From a virus (Duplodnaviria; Caudoviricetes): a stretch of DNA of 64,000 nt. The notes under the pieces were generated by a model that saw only the letters and a program-made list of their open reading frames with translations, made no database searches and had not been told where the DNA came from. Shown in pieces: positions 1 through 8,177 of the stretch (position 1 is the stretch's first letter; every line of letters starts with the position of its first letter). The DNA is taken from IMG/VR virus record IMGVR_UViG_3300036770_008730. The stretch is one strand, 5' to 3'. Made by a program: the position numbers and the translations under genes.

Positions 1-71
1 GTATGACAAATAAAGAATATAAAAGAAAAGAATATTTAGGTAAATTGTATAAGTTTGTTGATAATCTTTAA
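1..71 (+). CDS. Probable 3' end of a gene entering from the previous window (..MTNKEYKRKEYLGKLYKFVDNL*)
   Basis: Open frame ending in TAA at 69-71, directly abutting the stop of the convergent gene at 72. Confidence 0.3.
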   Translation, partial: MTNKEYKRKEYLGKLYKFVDNL

Positions 72-722
72 CTACTTAATTGGACAGTGATTTGCGCTGT
101 AAATATATTTCCAATTTCTTTTAATATTCACACCTATTTTTTCAGCGGTTGTTATTATATCCTCTAAACATTCAGAATCAGAACCACCAACAATAATAAC
201 TTCTTTTCCTTTCATACTTAGAAGAAGTTTATATAGTTTTATAGGAACATGAAACCACCTATGATTATTTCCTATGTAAACAATTAATGTTCCTTCTTTT
301 GTTTCAAAACATTCTCCCTTTTGAAGTGTTCCGTCTAATTCTTTGCTTTTGATTAGTTTGTAGGTTTTCTCATCCAAAATACCCTTATTACCATCACTAT
401 TTTTCATTTTTGTATTATAGAAGTCAGAATCAACATCATAGTTGTATCTCTTTTCAATTAAATCCTTTTGATTTGGAAAATGATATAAGTCATCGTGTAT
501 TGGTATCTCTGGATTTTCATCATATAAGTATTGTTTGTCTACATCTTTGCCATCAACATGATTATCAAATATTTGATAGACATGTTGAAAAGTCTCACAG
601 TATTTTTTCAATTCATTCAAATACATTTCTGAAAAGTACTTTCTAAAGGATTTCTGAACATCAACTACAATAAGAGTATCTCCTATCTGTTCAAAGTCTT
701 CATATAGTTTAAGGTATCTCAT
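72..722 (-). CDS. Isochorismatase/cysteine-hydrolase (nicotinamidase-like) protein with capsid-targeting-like leader
   Basis: LIVVDVQ (catalytic Asp), DNH metal motif, EKRY Lys, IIVGG..ECL catalytic Cys; N-terminus MRYLKLYEDFE. Confidence 0.6.
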   Translation of the reverse strand: MRYLKLYEDFEQIGDTLIVVDVQKSFRKYFSEMYLNELKKYCETFQHVYQIFDNHVDGKDVDKQYLYDENPEIPIHDDLYHFPNQKDLIEKRYNYDVDSDFYNTKMKNSDGNKGILDEKTYKLIKSKELDGTLQKGECFETKEGTLIVYIGNNHRWFHVPIKLYKLLLSMKGKEVIIVGGSDSECLEDIITTAEKIGVNIKRNWKYIYSANHCPIK

Positions 723-726
723 TAAT

Positions 727-735
727 TATATATTA
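727..735 (-). promoter_or_regulatory. TAATATATA putative late promoter
   Basis: Exact motif 4 nt upstream of the ATG at 722; it recurs upstream of many genes. Confidence 0.55.
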
Positions 736-737
736 AA

Positions 738-763
738 TAAAAAACCCATCATTTCTGATGGGT
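738..763 (-). terminator. Intrinsic terminator (ACCCATCA/TGATGGGT stem plus U tract)
   Basis: 8-bp stem at 744-763 followed on the minus strand by a T run, downstream of 785..1432. Confidence 0.7.
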
Positions 764-784
764 CGATGATAATATATTTTAAGA

Positions 785-1432
785 TTATTCTTCTGGAAGT
801 TTTTCTTCTCCCTCTTCTTGTCCTTCCTCTTTCTCTTCTTGTCCTTCCTCTTTCTCTTCTTGTCCTTCCTCTTTCTCTTCTTGTCCTTCCTCTTTCTCTT
901 CTTGTCCTTCCTCTTTCTCTTCTTGTCCTTGACCTTGTCCCTGTGGTTCTTCAAATTCTTCTTCTTTTTGTCCTTGGCCTTGAGTTTGTCCTTGGCCTTG
1001 AGTTTGTCCTTGACCTTGAGTTTGTCCTTGACCTTGAGTTTGTCCTTGACCTTGAGTTTGTCCTTGAGCTTGTGGTTGAGTTTCCGCTTGAGCTTGTGGT
1101 TGAGTTTCTGTTTGAACTTGAGTTTGACCTTGTCCTTGTGTCTGAGTCTGACCACCCATTATCGCACCTCCTGGAATTTTCTCAACATCTAAGAAATTCA
1201 TATTAATATACTTAACAATTTCTTCAGCGATATCAACATCTCCAAAAAACTGACGAAGATTCTTACCAGTTGTATCTTTAACTTTTTTAACATAAGCATT
1301 AATCAAAGATTGAGGAATATCAATCATAGTTTTAACCTTATATATGTCGTTTACTTGAAGAACTGATTCTTTGATAATCTCTTCTCTGTTCTTCTTAACA
1401 CGATATTTTTCGAATGTTCTAATATGCTTCAT
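785..1432 (-). CDS. Low-complexity Q/G/E-rich protein with capsid-targeting-like leader (possible internal core/scaffold protein)
   Basis: MKHIRTFEKY..IIKES leader; C-terminal TQGQGQ and EEKEEGQ repeats; own TAATATATA at 1459-1467. Confidence 0.6.
   Translation of the reverse strand: MKHIRTFEKYRVKKNREEIIKESVLQVNDIYKVKTMIDIPQSLINAYVKKVKDTTGKNLRQFFGDVDIAEEIVKYINMNFLDVEKIPGGAIMGGQTQTQGQGQTQVQTETQPQAQAETQPQAQGQTQGQGQTQGQGQTQGQGQTQGQGQTQGQGQKEEEFEEPQGQGQGQEEKEEGQEEKEEGQEEKEEGQEEKEEGQEEKEEGQEEGEEKLPEE
812..930. repeat. 21-bp tandem repeat, 5 full copies plus a partial (encodes EEKEEGQ on the minus strand)
   Basis: Unit ctcttcttgtccttcctcttt at 812, 833, 854, 875, 896, partial at 917. Confidence 0.95.
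968..1057. repeat. 18-bp tandem repeat, 5 copies (encodes TQGQGQ on the minus strand)
   Basis: Unit ttgtccttg(g/a)ccttgagt at 968, 986, 1004, 1022, 1040. Confidence 0.95.
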
Positions 1433-1458
1433 TTTTTTTAAGTATATTTTTTATAGGT

Positions 1459-1467
1459 TATATATTA
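1459..1467 (-). promoter_or_regulatory. TAATATATA putative late promoter
   Basis: Exact motif upstream of the ATG at 1432. Confidence 0.55.
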
Positions 1468-1489
1468 ACTCTAAAAAGTCATTTTTTTC

Positions 1490-1981
1490 TCATGGTTTCA
1501 ATATTGTTGCTGTCACAAATCCGACTACTAAACCAATTCCTCCTCCAATTAAAATTTTACCTTTTGTTCTTTTTATTTTATTAAGATGTAAGTCAATTTC
1601 CTTATTTTTATTCTCAATTTCCTTCTTGTACGTTTCTTCTGTTATTTTATAATTTGAAACTTGTAAATTAAGATTATTGATTTCTTTATCTTTACCTATT
1701 ATCAAACTATTTTTATTTTTTATCAATTTATCTTGAGAGTTGATTGTTTTATCCTTTTCCTCTATTGTTCTTATACAAGAAGAATCCACATTATTAATTT
1801 GAGTTGACATTTTTTCATAAAGTGGTAATAGATCTGTTTTATTGTCTAATGCCTGAGCTTGTTCGAGTGTTAGAACAACAAGTTTTGTTCCTACAGAATC
1901 CACTGTGAATAATGGATATTCAATCTGTGCAAAGATTTTTGATGATAAAATCATCATTAGTATTATTAAAATATGTTTCAT
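1490..1981 (-). CDS. Secreted coiled-coil protein with C-terminal TM helix (spanin-like)
   Basis: Signal peptide MKHILIILMMILSSKIFA-Q, coiled coil, C-terminal GKILIGGGIGLVVGFVTATIL; ATGA overlap with the upstream gene. Confidence 0.45.
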   Translation of the reverse strand: MKHILIILMMILSSKIFAQIEYPLFTVDSVGTKLVVLTLEQAQALDNKTDLLPLYEKMSTQINNVDSSCIRTIEEKDKTINSQDKLIKNKNSLIIGKDKEINNLNLQVSNYKITEETYKKEIENKNKEIDLHLNKIKRTKGKILIGGGIGLVVGFVTATILKP

Positions 1982-2394
1982 TTTTTTGATTTAGATTTTA
2001 GTGAGTTTAATAAATCGTTTCCATCTCTATTTGCTGGATGTTTTTTTATTTCCTCTATTTTGATTTTAGTTTCCTCTAATTCTTTTCTTAACTTATCCAA
2101 TTCTTGTCTAGATAGGTTTGCTTTATTTTTTTGGTCTTTAACCTCTTTTTCTAATACATTAGATCTATAGATTAGAGAGTCGTTATGTTTTCTTACAACT
2201 GTCAGGTCTAATTCTAATTTTTCTCTCTCTTTTAAGAGAGAGTCTCTTTTTTGTTGTATCATTTTATTTTCCTCTCTTAGTTTTTCGAGTTCTTTTTTAT
2301 ATTGTTTATCTCCTTCATATAGACTTTTCCACACAAAAACACAACAAATTAGTGTTAATACTAGTATCAAAATTGTTTTTAAATCTATTTTCAT
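1978..2394 (-). CDS. N-terminal TM plus coiled-coil protein (i-spanin-like)
   Basis: TILILVLTLICCVFVW TM helix followed by a long K/E-rich heptad coil. Confidence 0.5.
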   Translation of the reverse strand: MKIDLKTILILVLTLICCVFVWKSLYEGDKQYKKELEKLREENKMIQQKRDSLLKEREKLELDLTVVRKHNDSLIYRSNVLEKEVKDQKNKANLSRQELDKLRKELEETKIKIEEIKKHPANRDGNDLLNSLKSKSKK

Positions 2395-2497
2395 ATTATT
2401 TTCTATTTTCGATATATATAAAAATTATTTTATCTTTCAATTGAAATTTATTATCTTTGAGAAAATAGATTATCAAACAAATAAAATTATAAATATA

Positions 2498-2506
2498 TAA
2501 TATATA
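2498..2506 (+). promoter_or_regulatory. TAATATATA putative late promoter (T4-type TATAAATA also at 2488-2495)
   Basis: Exact motifs upstream of the clpS ATG at 2529. Confidence 0.5.
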
Positions 2507-2528
2507 CTTAAACATAAAATTTCAAATT

Positions 2529-2813
2529 ATGGCAACAATCACAAAAAAGAAGACACAGTCTAAAGCTGACGAAATACTCTCTAAGCCTTATCGATTGATA
2601 CTTCACAATGATGATTATAATACCTTTGATTGGGTAATCACTTGTCTTATGAAGGTTTGTAACCATGAGTTCGAACAGGCCTCACAATGTGCACATATTG
2701 TCCATTATAAAGGCAAATGTGATGTGAAGTATGGAGACTTAGAAATCATTTCTGAAATGAAGAATAAACTTGCTAGTGCTGGTCTTAGTGTTACTATGGA
2801 AGTAAACAGTTAA
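2529..2813 (+). CDS. clpS: ATP-dependent Clp protease adaptor ClpS
   Basis: LILHNDDYNTFDWV...QASQCAHIVHYKGKCDVK ClpS signature, Bacteroidota-style. Confidence 0.9.
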   Translation: MATITKKKTQSKADEILSKPYRLILHNDDYNTFDWVITCLMKVCNHEFEQASQCAHIVHYKGKCDVKYGDLEIISEMKNKLASAGLSVTMEVNS

Positions 2814-4948
2814 ATGTTTTTACCAAACCAATCAATGTTTCTTGAGTTTGGATTTTTCCTTTGATTCTGTTTTCTCAATCTTAATACTTGTCCATAATCT
2901 AGTGATTCAACATGATCCATCTGATTAAGACAATTATTTACGTAACTTACAAAGTCTTTTGGTAAAAATTTATTAAACCACTCTTCCACCATCTCTTTAT
3001 ATTCATATTTTTGAATAATTGAAGTCATGTTGACTACGGTCATTACGGTGTCATCATGTCCAACATCGGCAGCATATCTTATGTTACCAGAGGATGTTAT
3101 GTGTTTAACAAATGTGGTTATCTCTCTTATGTTCTCTTCATTTGTTATTATAATGCTTTTTGATTGTAGAAGACCTTGATAATCTTTGACTAACAGGTTT
3201 TTATTTTCCCCTACTTTAAGACCCATTTTTTCCTCGGTTGAGTCAATTCTGTGTTTGTATCTAACAAACACAGAGGAACCATAGTTGTTTCTTCCTTCAA
3301 AAACATGTGGTAGTTCAGCAAAAAGAGCATTTCCATAGTTGTTTAACTCGACAACGACTTTTACATTTTCAGGATTTAGATATTCAAATACTATCATATA
3401 AAGTAATTCAGCAAGCTGTTTAACCGAAACCAAATTACTTCTGTAAATGCCTATCTGTTCTAATCTAAAGAAATCAACTATAGAAGTATATGATAATTTT
3501 TGAATTTCTATTAATTCAGTTGGTTTTGGAGAAATCTTAAAAATGTTTATAACAGAGTAATCTTGACCTAATCCCTCGGATATATCGACCGAAATAACTA
3601 CTTTGTAATCTTTTCTCCTAAGAGGTATGAATATCTCATCATCATCAATCCATTTTAATTCGTTATAACTGAACTTAAGTCTTGAATCAAATTCTGGTAT
3701 TTCTTCAAATAAAAAATTCTTTTTACCCTTTAATAATTCATCAATTATTGACTCACTTAATAATGATTTACTTGAATTGATAAATCTTAATCCATATTCT
3801 TGATTAAAGGCATCTTCTCCTCCTATATCTTTAATTGCTTCTTCTTTCCAAGTGGTCGTCTCCGCAATCATTCTTATAGGAACCTCATGTCCTTTTTTGT
3901 CAATGAATGTCATAGATTTAACCTCTTCATCCGAACACATCTCATTATTATAAACATAGATTATATCTTTTTGTATATCAATATTGTATATCATCTCAAC
4001 TTTTGTTTTACCTTCCCATCTTTCTTTCATCAGTTGTAGAATGTCTTCTTTTGTTACTCCATGTTCATATAATTTATGATTATTTAATCTTATGTAAGTT
4101 AGGAATCTACCTGGTACTTGATACCAGTATACCCTCATTGGTTTATAGTTATTTTTTTGAGGATCACCATCAGGCCTTTCAGCATCGGTTAGTAATCTAT
4201 GAAATAAATTCATACCATTTGGGGTTGATGTGATAATAATCTTAGAGTTTTGAACAGCTGATACAGTCGGAAATGCTGCCGTATAGTATGGTTCTATGAT
4301 ATTAGATGGGATGTGTGCAAACTCATCTAAATAAAGAACATCAATGGTAAAACCAATTGCTGGTGTTTTAGTTCTTGCTGATGTTTTTATTCTACATCCA
4401 TTTTCAAATGTTAACGACTTTTGATTCCAGGTTTTTATACCAGGTTTGAGAAAGAAAGGAAGTAGTGAGTAGATTGACTTTATTTTATCTACAATTTCTA
4501 TTGCTGTATCACCCTTATTTGCTACAATCATTATGTTCTTATCATTGTTAAATAAGATGGTATGTAACATGAAAATTGATGATGATATAGTTTTACCAAC
4601 CTGTCTTGACGCCATCAAGATATTAAATCTACTATTCATAAAATTATCAAGTATCTGTTTCTGATACTCTCTTAGTTTGATATTATTAATAGATCCATCT
4701 TCTGTTTTAACTTTACAATACTTCTCTGTGAAATAATGAACATCAAGTGCACATCTAACATATTCTTGTTGTTCATCTGGTGTCATTTTAAATGTAACAC
4801 CTGATCTTCTTAGACCGACTTCACTTTTTAGCCAAGGATTTTGAAATTTCTTTACAACAACACCATCATTTATCTTGTCTGTTGCCTCATCTACTAATTT
4901 AGTAGTGAAAATCATTTGTTTTTCTATGGGTTGTTTACCAAAGGACAT
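2810..4948 (-). CDS. terL: Terminase large subunit (T4 gp17-like)
   Basis: Walker A SRQVGKT, Walker B LYLDEFAH, TSTPNG coupling motif, nuclease motifs VDISEGLGQDYS and GHDDTVM. Confidence 0.95.
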   Translation of the reverse strand: MSFGKQPIEKQMIFTTKLVDEATDKINDGVVVKKFQNPWLKSEVGLRRSGVTFKMTPDEQQEYVRCALDVHYFTEKYCKVKTEDGSINNIKLREYQKQILDNFMNSRFNILMASRQVGKTISSSIFMLHTILFNNDKNIMIVANKGDTAIEIVDKIKSIYSLLPFFLKPGIKTWNQKSLTFENGCRIKTSARTKTPAIGFTIDVLYLDEFAHIPSNIIEPYYTAAFPTVSAVQNSKIIITSTPNGMNLFHRLLTDAERPDGDPQKNNYKPMRVYWYQVPGRFLTYIRLNNHKLYEHGVTKEDILQLMKERWEGKTKVEMIYNIDIQKDIIYVYNNEMCSDEEVKSMTFIDKKGHEVPIRMIAETTTWKEEAIKDIGGEDAFNQEYGLRFINSSKSLLSESIIDELLKGKKNFLFEEIPEFDSRLKFSYNELKWIDDDEIFIPLRRKDYKVVISVDISEGLGQDYSVINIFKISPKPTELIEIQKLSYTSIVDFFRLEQIGIYRSNLVSVKQLAELLYMIVFEYLNPENVKVVVELNNYGNALFAELPHVFEGRNNYGSSVFVRYKHRIDSTEEKMGLKVGENKNLLVKDYQGLLQSKSIIITNEENIREITTFVKHITSSGNIRYAADVGHDDTVMTVVNMTSIIQKYEYKEMVEEWFNKFLPKDFVSYVNNCLNQMDHVESLDYGQVLRLRKQNQRKNPNSRNIDWFGKNI

Positions 4949-4967
4949 AAGGGATGATAATACTTTT

Positions 4968-4979
4968 TAATATATATTG
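4968..4979. promoter_or_regulatory. Near-palindromic bidirectional TAATATATA/CAATATATA element between terL and putative terS
   Basis: TAATATATATTG in the 48-bp divergent intergenic region. Confidence 0.5.
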
Positions 4980-4996
4980 TAAAAAACCACTCTTCT

Positions 4997-5623
4997 ATGT
5001 CAAAAACAGAGAATGAAAGAAATAGACTTCAAGATGAATTTGAACAAATACAATCACAGAGTAATGATTTTGATATATCTAAACATCTTGCTAAGCCTGA
5101 GGATTTACCTGAATTAGGAGAAATTCAGATTTATGACTATGAGTCAGATATGGATGTTTCTGGTCAGCAATCACTTGATGTATTGGAGTCACTTGTTGAT
5201 TTATATTTAAGTGATGTTCCTCAATTAAAAGAACATCCGTATATCAAAAATAAAATGAAGGAGGATGCTCAAGTTTATGCTGAGGCTATTTTTCTTACAA
5301 AGATGACAAGAAAGAACTTTTTGAATCAATTAAAACAAGTTGATAATGGTGATAACTCTGCTAGAATGCACGAAGTCGTTAATCAAACAATTGGTCAAAT
5401 TAGAGAAAATGCAAAGTTTCTTTCTAATCAAAGGACGGATTTAGAGAAGTTTTATAAAACACTCAGAAGTGATATGGGTCTTAACAACATTGAGAATCCT
5501 GAGGTAATAAAGGCACAGGCTGCTACTCAAGTGGAGTCTAATCAAGAGGGTGATATAATGAATAATAGACAACTTAATGATTTAATCAAAAATGCTATGA
5601 TTAATAGAGATAGTAATAAGTGA
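4997..5623 (+). CDS. Putative terminase small subunit (helical protein)
   Basis: Divergent from terL, predicted helical/coiled-coil, C-terminal NNRQLNDLIK reminiscent of gp16 tails; based on position and weak similarity only. Confidence 0.4.
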   Translation: MSKTENERNRLQDEFEQIQSQSNDFDISKHLAKPEDLPELGEIQIYDYESDMDVSGQQSLDVLESLVDLYLSDVPQLKEHPYIKNKMKEDAQVYAEAIFLTKMTRKNFLNQLKQVDNGDNSARMHEVVNQTIGQIRENAKFLSNQRTDLEKFYKTLRSDMGLNNIENPEVIKAQAATQVESNQEGDIMNNRQLNDLIKNAMINRDSNK

Positions 5624-5625
5624 GT

Positions 5626-6483
5626 TTAATATTTAAATCTTGACCAAGAAAACGATTCAAATGTTTTGAAGAGATTGGGTAACTTTATATAAGTCGTAGT
5701 TTTTACAAATCTATTCAATTTATTTGGAGTTATAAGATTCACATATAATATTTTCTCTGTTTTCTTCAATTTATCTTTAATTTGTTCCATAATTTCTTTT
5801 TCGGTATTCGATAAGATAAATTGCAATATTTCTGTTGACTTTTTTGCCATTTCAACCGTATTTACTTCATCTTCGTAAAAGTTTATCTCATCATATTCTG
5901 TTAGTTCTTGATTAGTAAATTTATTAATATCGGTTTTAAATCCAACTATATGTTGAATCAAAAGTCTAATTTTTTTATGAGAAATTTCATCTTCATCACG
6001 ATTATAGAAAGTTTCAGAAATAAAATAGTATTTTTTAATTTTTAACCCATTCTCTTCTAATTTAGACTCTAACTTTTCTATGAAATATTCATAGTTATTT
6101 TTATTGTTTTTAGAACATATGATATAGATATCGTCAGTTGTGTTTTTTAGATGAATAATGTTATCTAAATTAATTTTATGGTCTAAATTTTCTATTAATT
6201 CTTTATTGAAGAACTCTTGCATTGAAAAGGATAAATTTGATATGTTTGTTTTAGAATTTTTACATTTTATTTTAATATCATTCATCAAATATTCTGGTAG
6301 AAAATACTCTTCTCCTGAAAATTTTATTTTGAATCCATTATTTCTAAAAATACCTTTTTTAATCAAATTAAAATCCGATTTAGTTATTTTGATAATTGGT
6401 ACATTAGGATACATCTTGTCCACCAACCAAACTTTAGATTCTGTTTTAATAAGTGTATCTATGTCAAAGAAATGAGACTTCAT
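5626..6483 (-). CDS. HAD-fold-like protein (divergent)
   Basis: N-terminal FFDIDT (DxD motif I) and later INFYEDE (motif IV-like). Confidence 0.45.
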   Translation of the reverse strand: MKSHFFDIDTLIKTESKVWLVDKMYPNVPIIKITKSDFNLIKKGIFRNNGFKIKFSGEEYFLPEYLMNDIKIKCKNSKTNISNLSFSMQEFFNKELIENLDHKINLDNIIHLKNTTDDIYIICSKNNKNNYEYFIEKLESKLEENGLKIKKYYFISETFYNRDEDEISHKKIRLLIQHIVGFKTDINKFTNQELTEYDEINFYEDEVNTVEMAKKSTEILQFILSNTEKEIMEQIKDKLKKTEKILYVNLITPNKLNRFVKTTTYIKLPNLFKTFESFSWSRFKY

Positions 6484-6764
6484 ATTCTGAAATTAGTTAC
6501 TTTATATTTTATTTGATGTGCTGTGCCGTCGAATCTTGGACCATCATAAACCTTATCTTTCCATTCTACACCACCGCTAAGTTGAGTATTAAAACTTTTA
6601 CACTTTGGACACTCACTGGGTATTTCCATACTTTGTTCCTTTCCAATAACTTTATTTTTACTATCAATCATTTCCTTTATAACGATCATATCCATTTCAC
6701 TATATTCAAATAAAGCTTTGCACCAAGGATTTTTACAAACAGTTTTTTTTGCCTCCATATACAC
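6480..6764 (-). CDS. Small zinc-ribbon protein
   Basis: CKNPWC and CPKC cysteine pairs. Confidence 0.6.
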   Translation of the reverse strand: MYMEAKKTVCKNPWCKALFEYSEMDMIVIKEMIDSKNKVIGKEQSMEIPSECPKCKSFNTQLSGGVEWKDKVYDGPRFDGTAHQIKYKVTNFRI

Positions 6765-6774
6765 TATATATAAA

Positions 6775-6808
6775 ATAAAAAACCCATCGTTTGATGGGTT
6801 TCTTTTTT
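6775..6808. terminator. Intrinsic terminator (AACCCATC/GATGGGTT), A and T tracts on both sides
   Basis: Stem at 6781-6800 with GTTT loop. Confidence 0.7.
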
Positions 6809-7262
6809 ATCCTAACATATTTTTACTTATTGCAAAATCATATAATGTCGGTAGATTTAAAAATCTCATAAATTTATCTCTTACGTCTTTTAATGTTTTT
6901 GATTTTTTTATAATATTCACTATTAACATGCCAAATTCTTCTTGAAAATCTAAATAATATTCACTCCATGGTTTATTATAGTGCTCTAAACTTTGCCATT
7001 CATCGTATCCTCCAGTTAACCAATATAAGGACTTCTCAGGTGAGATATCTTCCGTCACTATGTCCTTAATTTCCAAGTTCCAAATTTCAGAGTTCCAATC
7101 AATTTTCCTCATTAAGATTGATACTGCTTCTGCAATATCATTTGTAAGTTGATTTCCTATTTCAAAGAAATATTCTTCATTCTCTTTGCTTATGTTAATA
7201 AACTCACTTGAGTAAACTATCTTAGAACCTTTTGATTTGATTTCAACTTTTCTTTTTTTCAT
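6807..7262 (-). CDS. Hypothetical protein
   Basis: 151-aa ORF in the dominant local orientation, typical composition. Confidence 0.7.
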   Translation of the reverse strand: MKKRKVEIKSKGSKIVYSSEFINISKENEEYFFEIGNQLTNDIAEAVSILMRKIDWNSEIWNLEIKDIVTEDISPEKSLYWLTGGYDEWQSLEHYNKPWSEYYLDFQEEFGMLIVNIIKKSKTLKDVRDKFMRFLNLPTLYDFAISKNMLG

Positions 7263-7295
7263 GATTTCTATTGTTTTTTTTATATCTATACTAGA

Positions 7296-7580
7296 TTACA
7301 TTTTAATGCCACTTTGCCATTTTCCTGCGAAATTACCGTTTTCCCATATTCCATTTTTCCAATTGCCGTAAAATTTACCGTCTTTGAATATTCCATATTC
7401 CCAGTTACCTGAGAAAAAATCCCCGTTATTCCAAATAAGCGTGTTTTTTTCTATTTCGATGTCTGCATTTTCTAGCTCTGAATCTATGAGCCAGTAGAAC
7501 TTTAAATCCTTAAGAATCTGATTGATATCCTTTTGAGATTTATAGGTTTTATCCTTGTATTTTAGTTGAACAAATTTCAT
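7296..7580 (-). CDS. Hypothetical protein with GxWxxGxF beta-repeat C-terminus
   Basis: WNNGDFFSGNWEYGIFKDGKFYGNWKNGIWENGNF periodic repeats. Confidence 0.65.
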   Translation of the reverse strand: MKFVQLKYKDKTYKSQKDINQILKDLKFYWLIDSELENADIEIEKNTLIWNNGDFFSGNWEYGIFKDGKFYGNWKNGIWENGNFAGKWQSGIKM

Positions 7581-7691
7581 ATTATAAAATATGATTTAAT
7601 GTAGTATATATTCTTATTTTTTTTTAATTAAAAACTGACTTTAAAAAACCACCTAAAAAATGAATTAAAAAAATAAAAAATAATTTAAAAT

Positions 7692-7720
7692 AAAAAAACC
7701 GACTTTTTGGTCGGTTTTTT
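7692..7720 (-). terminator. Intrinsic terminator
   Basis: AAAAAACCGAC-tttttg-GTCGGTTTTTT hairpin downstream of 7743..8174. Confidence 0.75.
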
Positions 7721-7742
7721 ACATTTAGTGAAAAAATAGATT

Positions 7743-8174
7743 TTATTTGAAGTTTTTTAGAAAATTTAATTCATCTTTAGAAAGCGAATCTAAACCTGTT
7801 TCATTAATTTTATCAAGTATTTTATCGAGATCTAAAACTATTGAAACTACTTTTTTAGATTTATCTTTTGATTTCTTATCTTTACTTTTTGGAGTTTTAA
7901 TTGGTTTAATTTTCAAAAGTTTTTGAGCTTCTTTCTTTGTTATTGGACAATATTTTTCGCAGATATACATTTGTTCAGGTCTATCTTCATCTATTGCTGC
8001 AATAACCCAATCACCCGCTGATTCTACCCATATCTTTATTACTCCTTTATTTTTTAGTTCTAAAAGAGATTCTAATGAAAGAACATAGGAATCAGCTATG
8101 TTATTTAACTGTTGTTCATTGTGTGACTTGAGGTTTATACAAATCACCTTTTCGATGTTGAATTTGAGTGCCAT
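7743..8174 (-). CDS. Hypothetical protein, paralog of 8178..8669, with C-terminal DUF6576-like motif
   Basis: Shared KFNIxKVICINLKSHNE N-terminus; ends LDKILDKINETGLDSLSKDELNFL. Confidence 0.75.
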   Translation of the reverse strand: MALKFNIEKVICINLKSHNEQQLNNIADSYVLSLESLLELKNKGVIKIWVESAGDWVIAAIDEDRPEQMYICEKYCPITKKEAQKLLKIKPIKTPKSKDKKSKDKSKKVVSIVLDLDKILDKINETGLDSLSKDELNFLKNFK

Positions 8175-8177
8175 ATA

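Noticed and set aside
812-1057. Tandem repeats as a possible CRISPR or other spacer array
   Set aside because: The units are contiguous with no unique spacers, are multiples of 3 and lie in-frame in a CDS.
733-1206. Three extra long ORFs (733..1155-, 766..1206+, 818..1192+) over one region
   Set aside because: They are by-products of the stop-free 18- and 21-bp tandem repeats in 785..1432; the products are periodic and lack promoter or leader support.
7581-7742. AT-rich 160-bp gap as a possible replication origin
   Set aside because: It is explained by a terminator plus a promoter variant (GAATATATA); no iterons or other origin features are seen.
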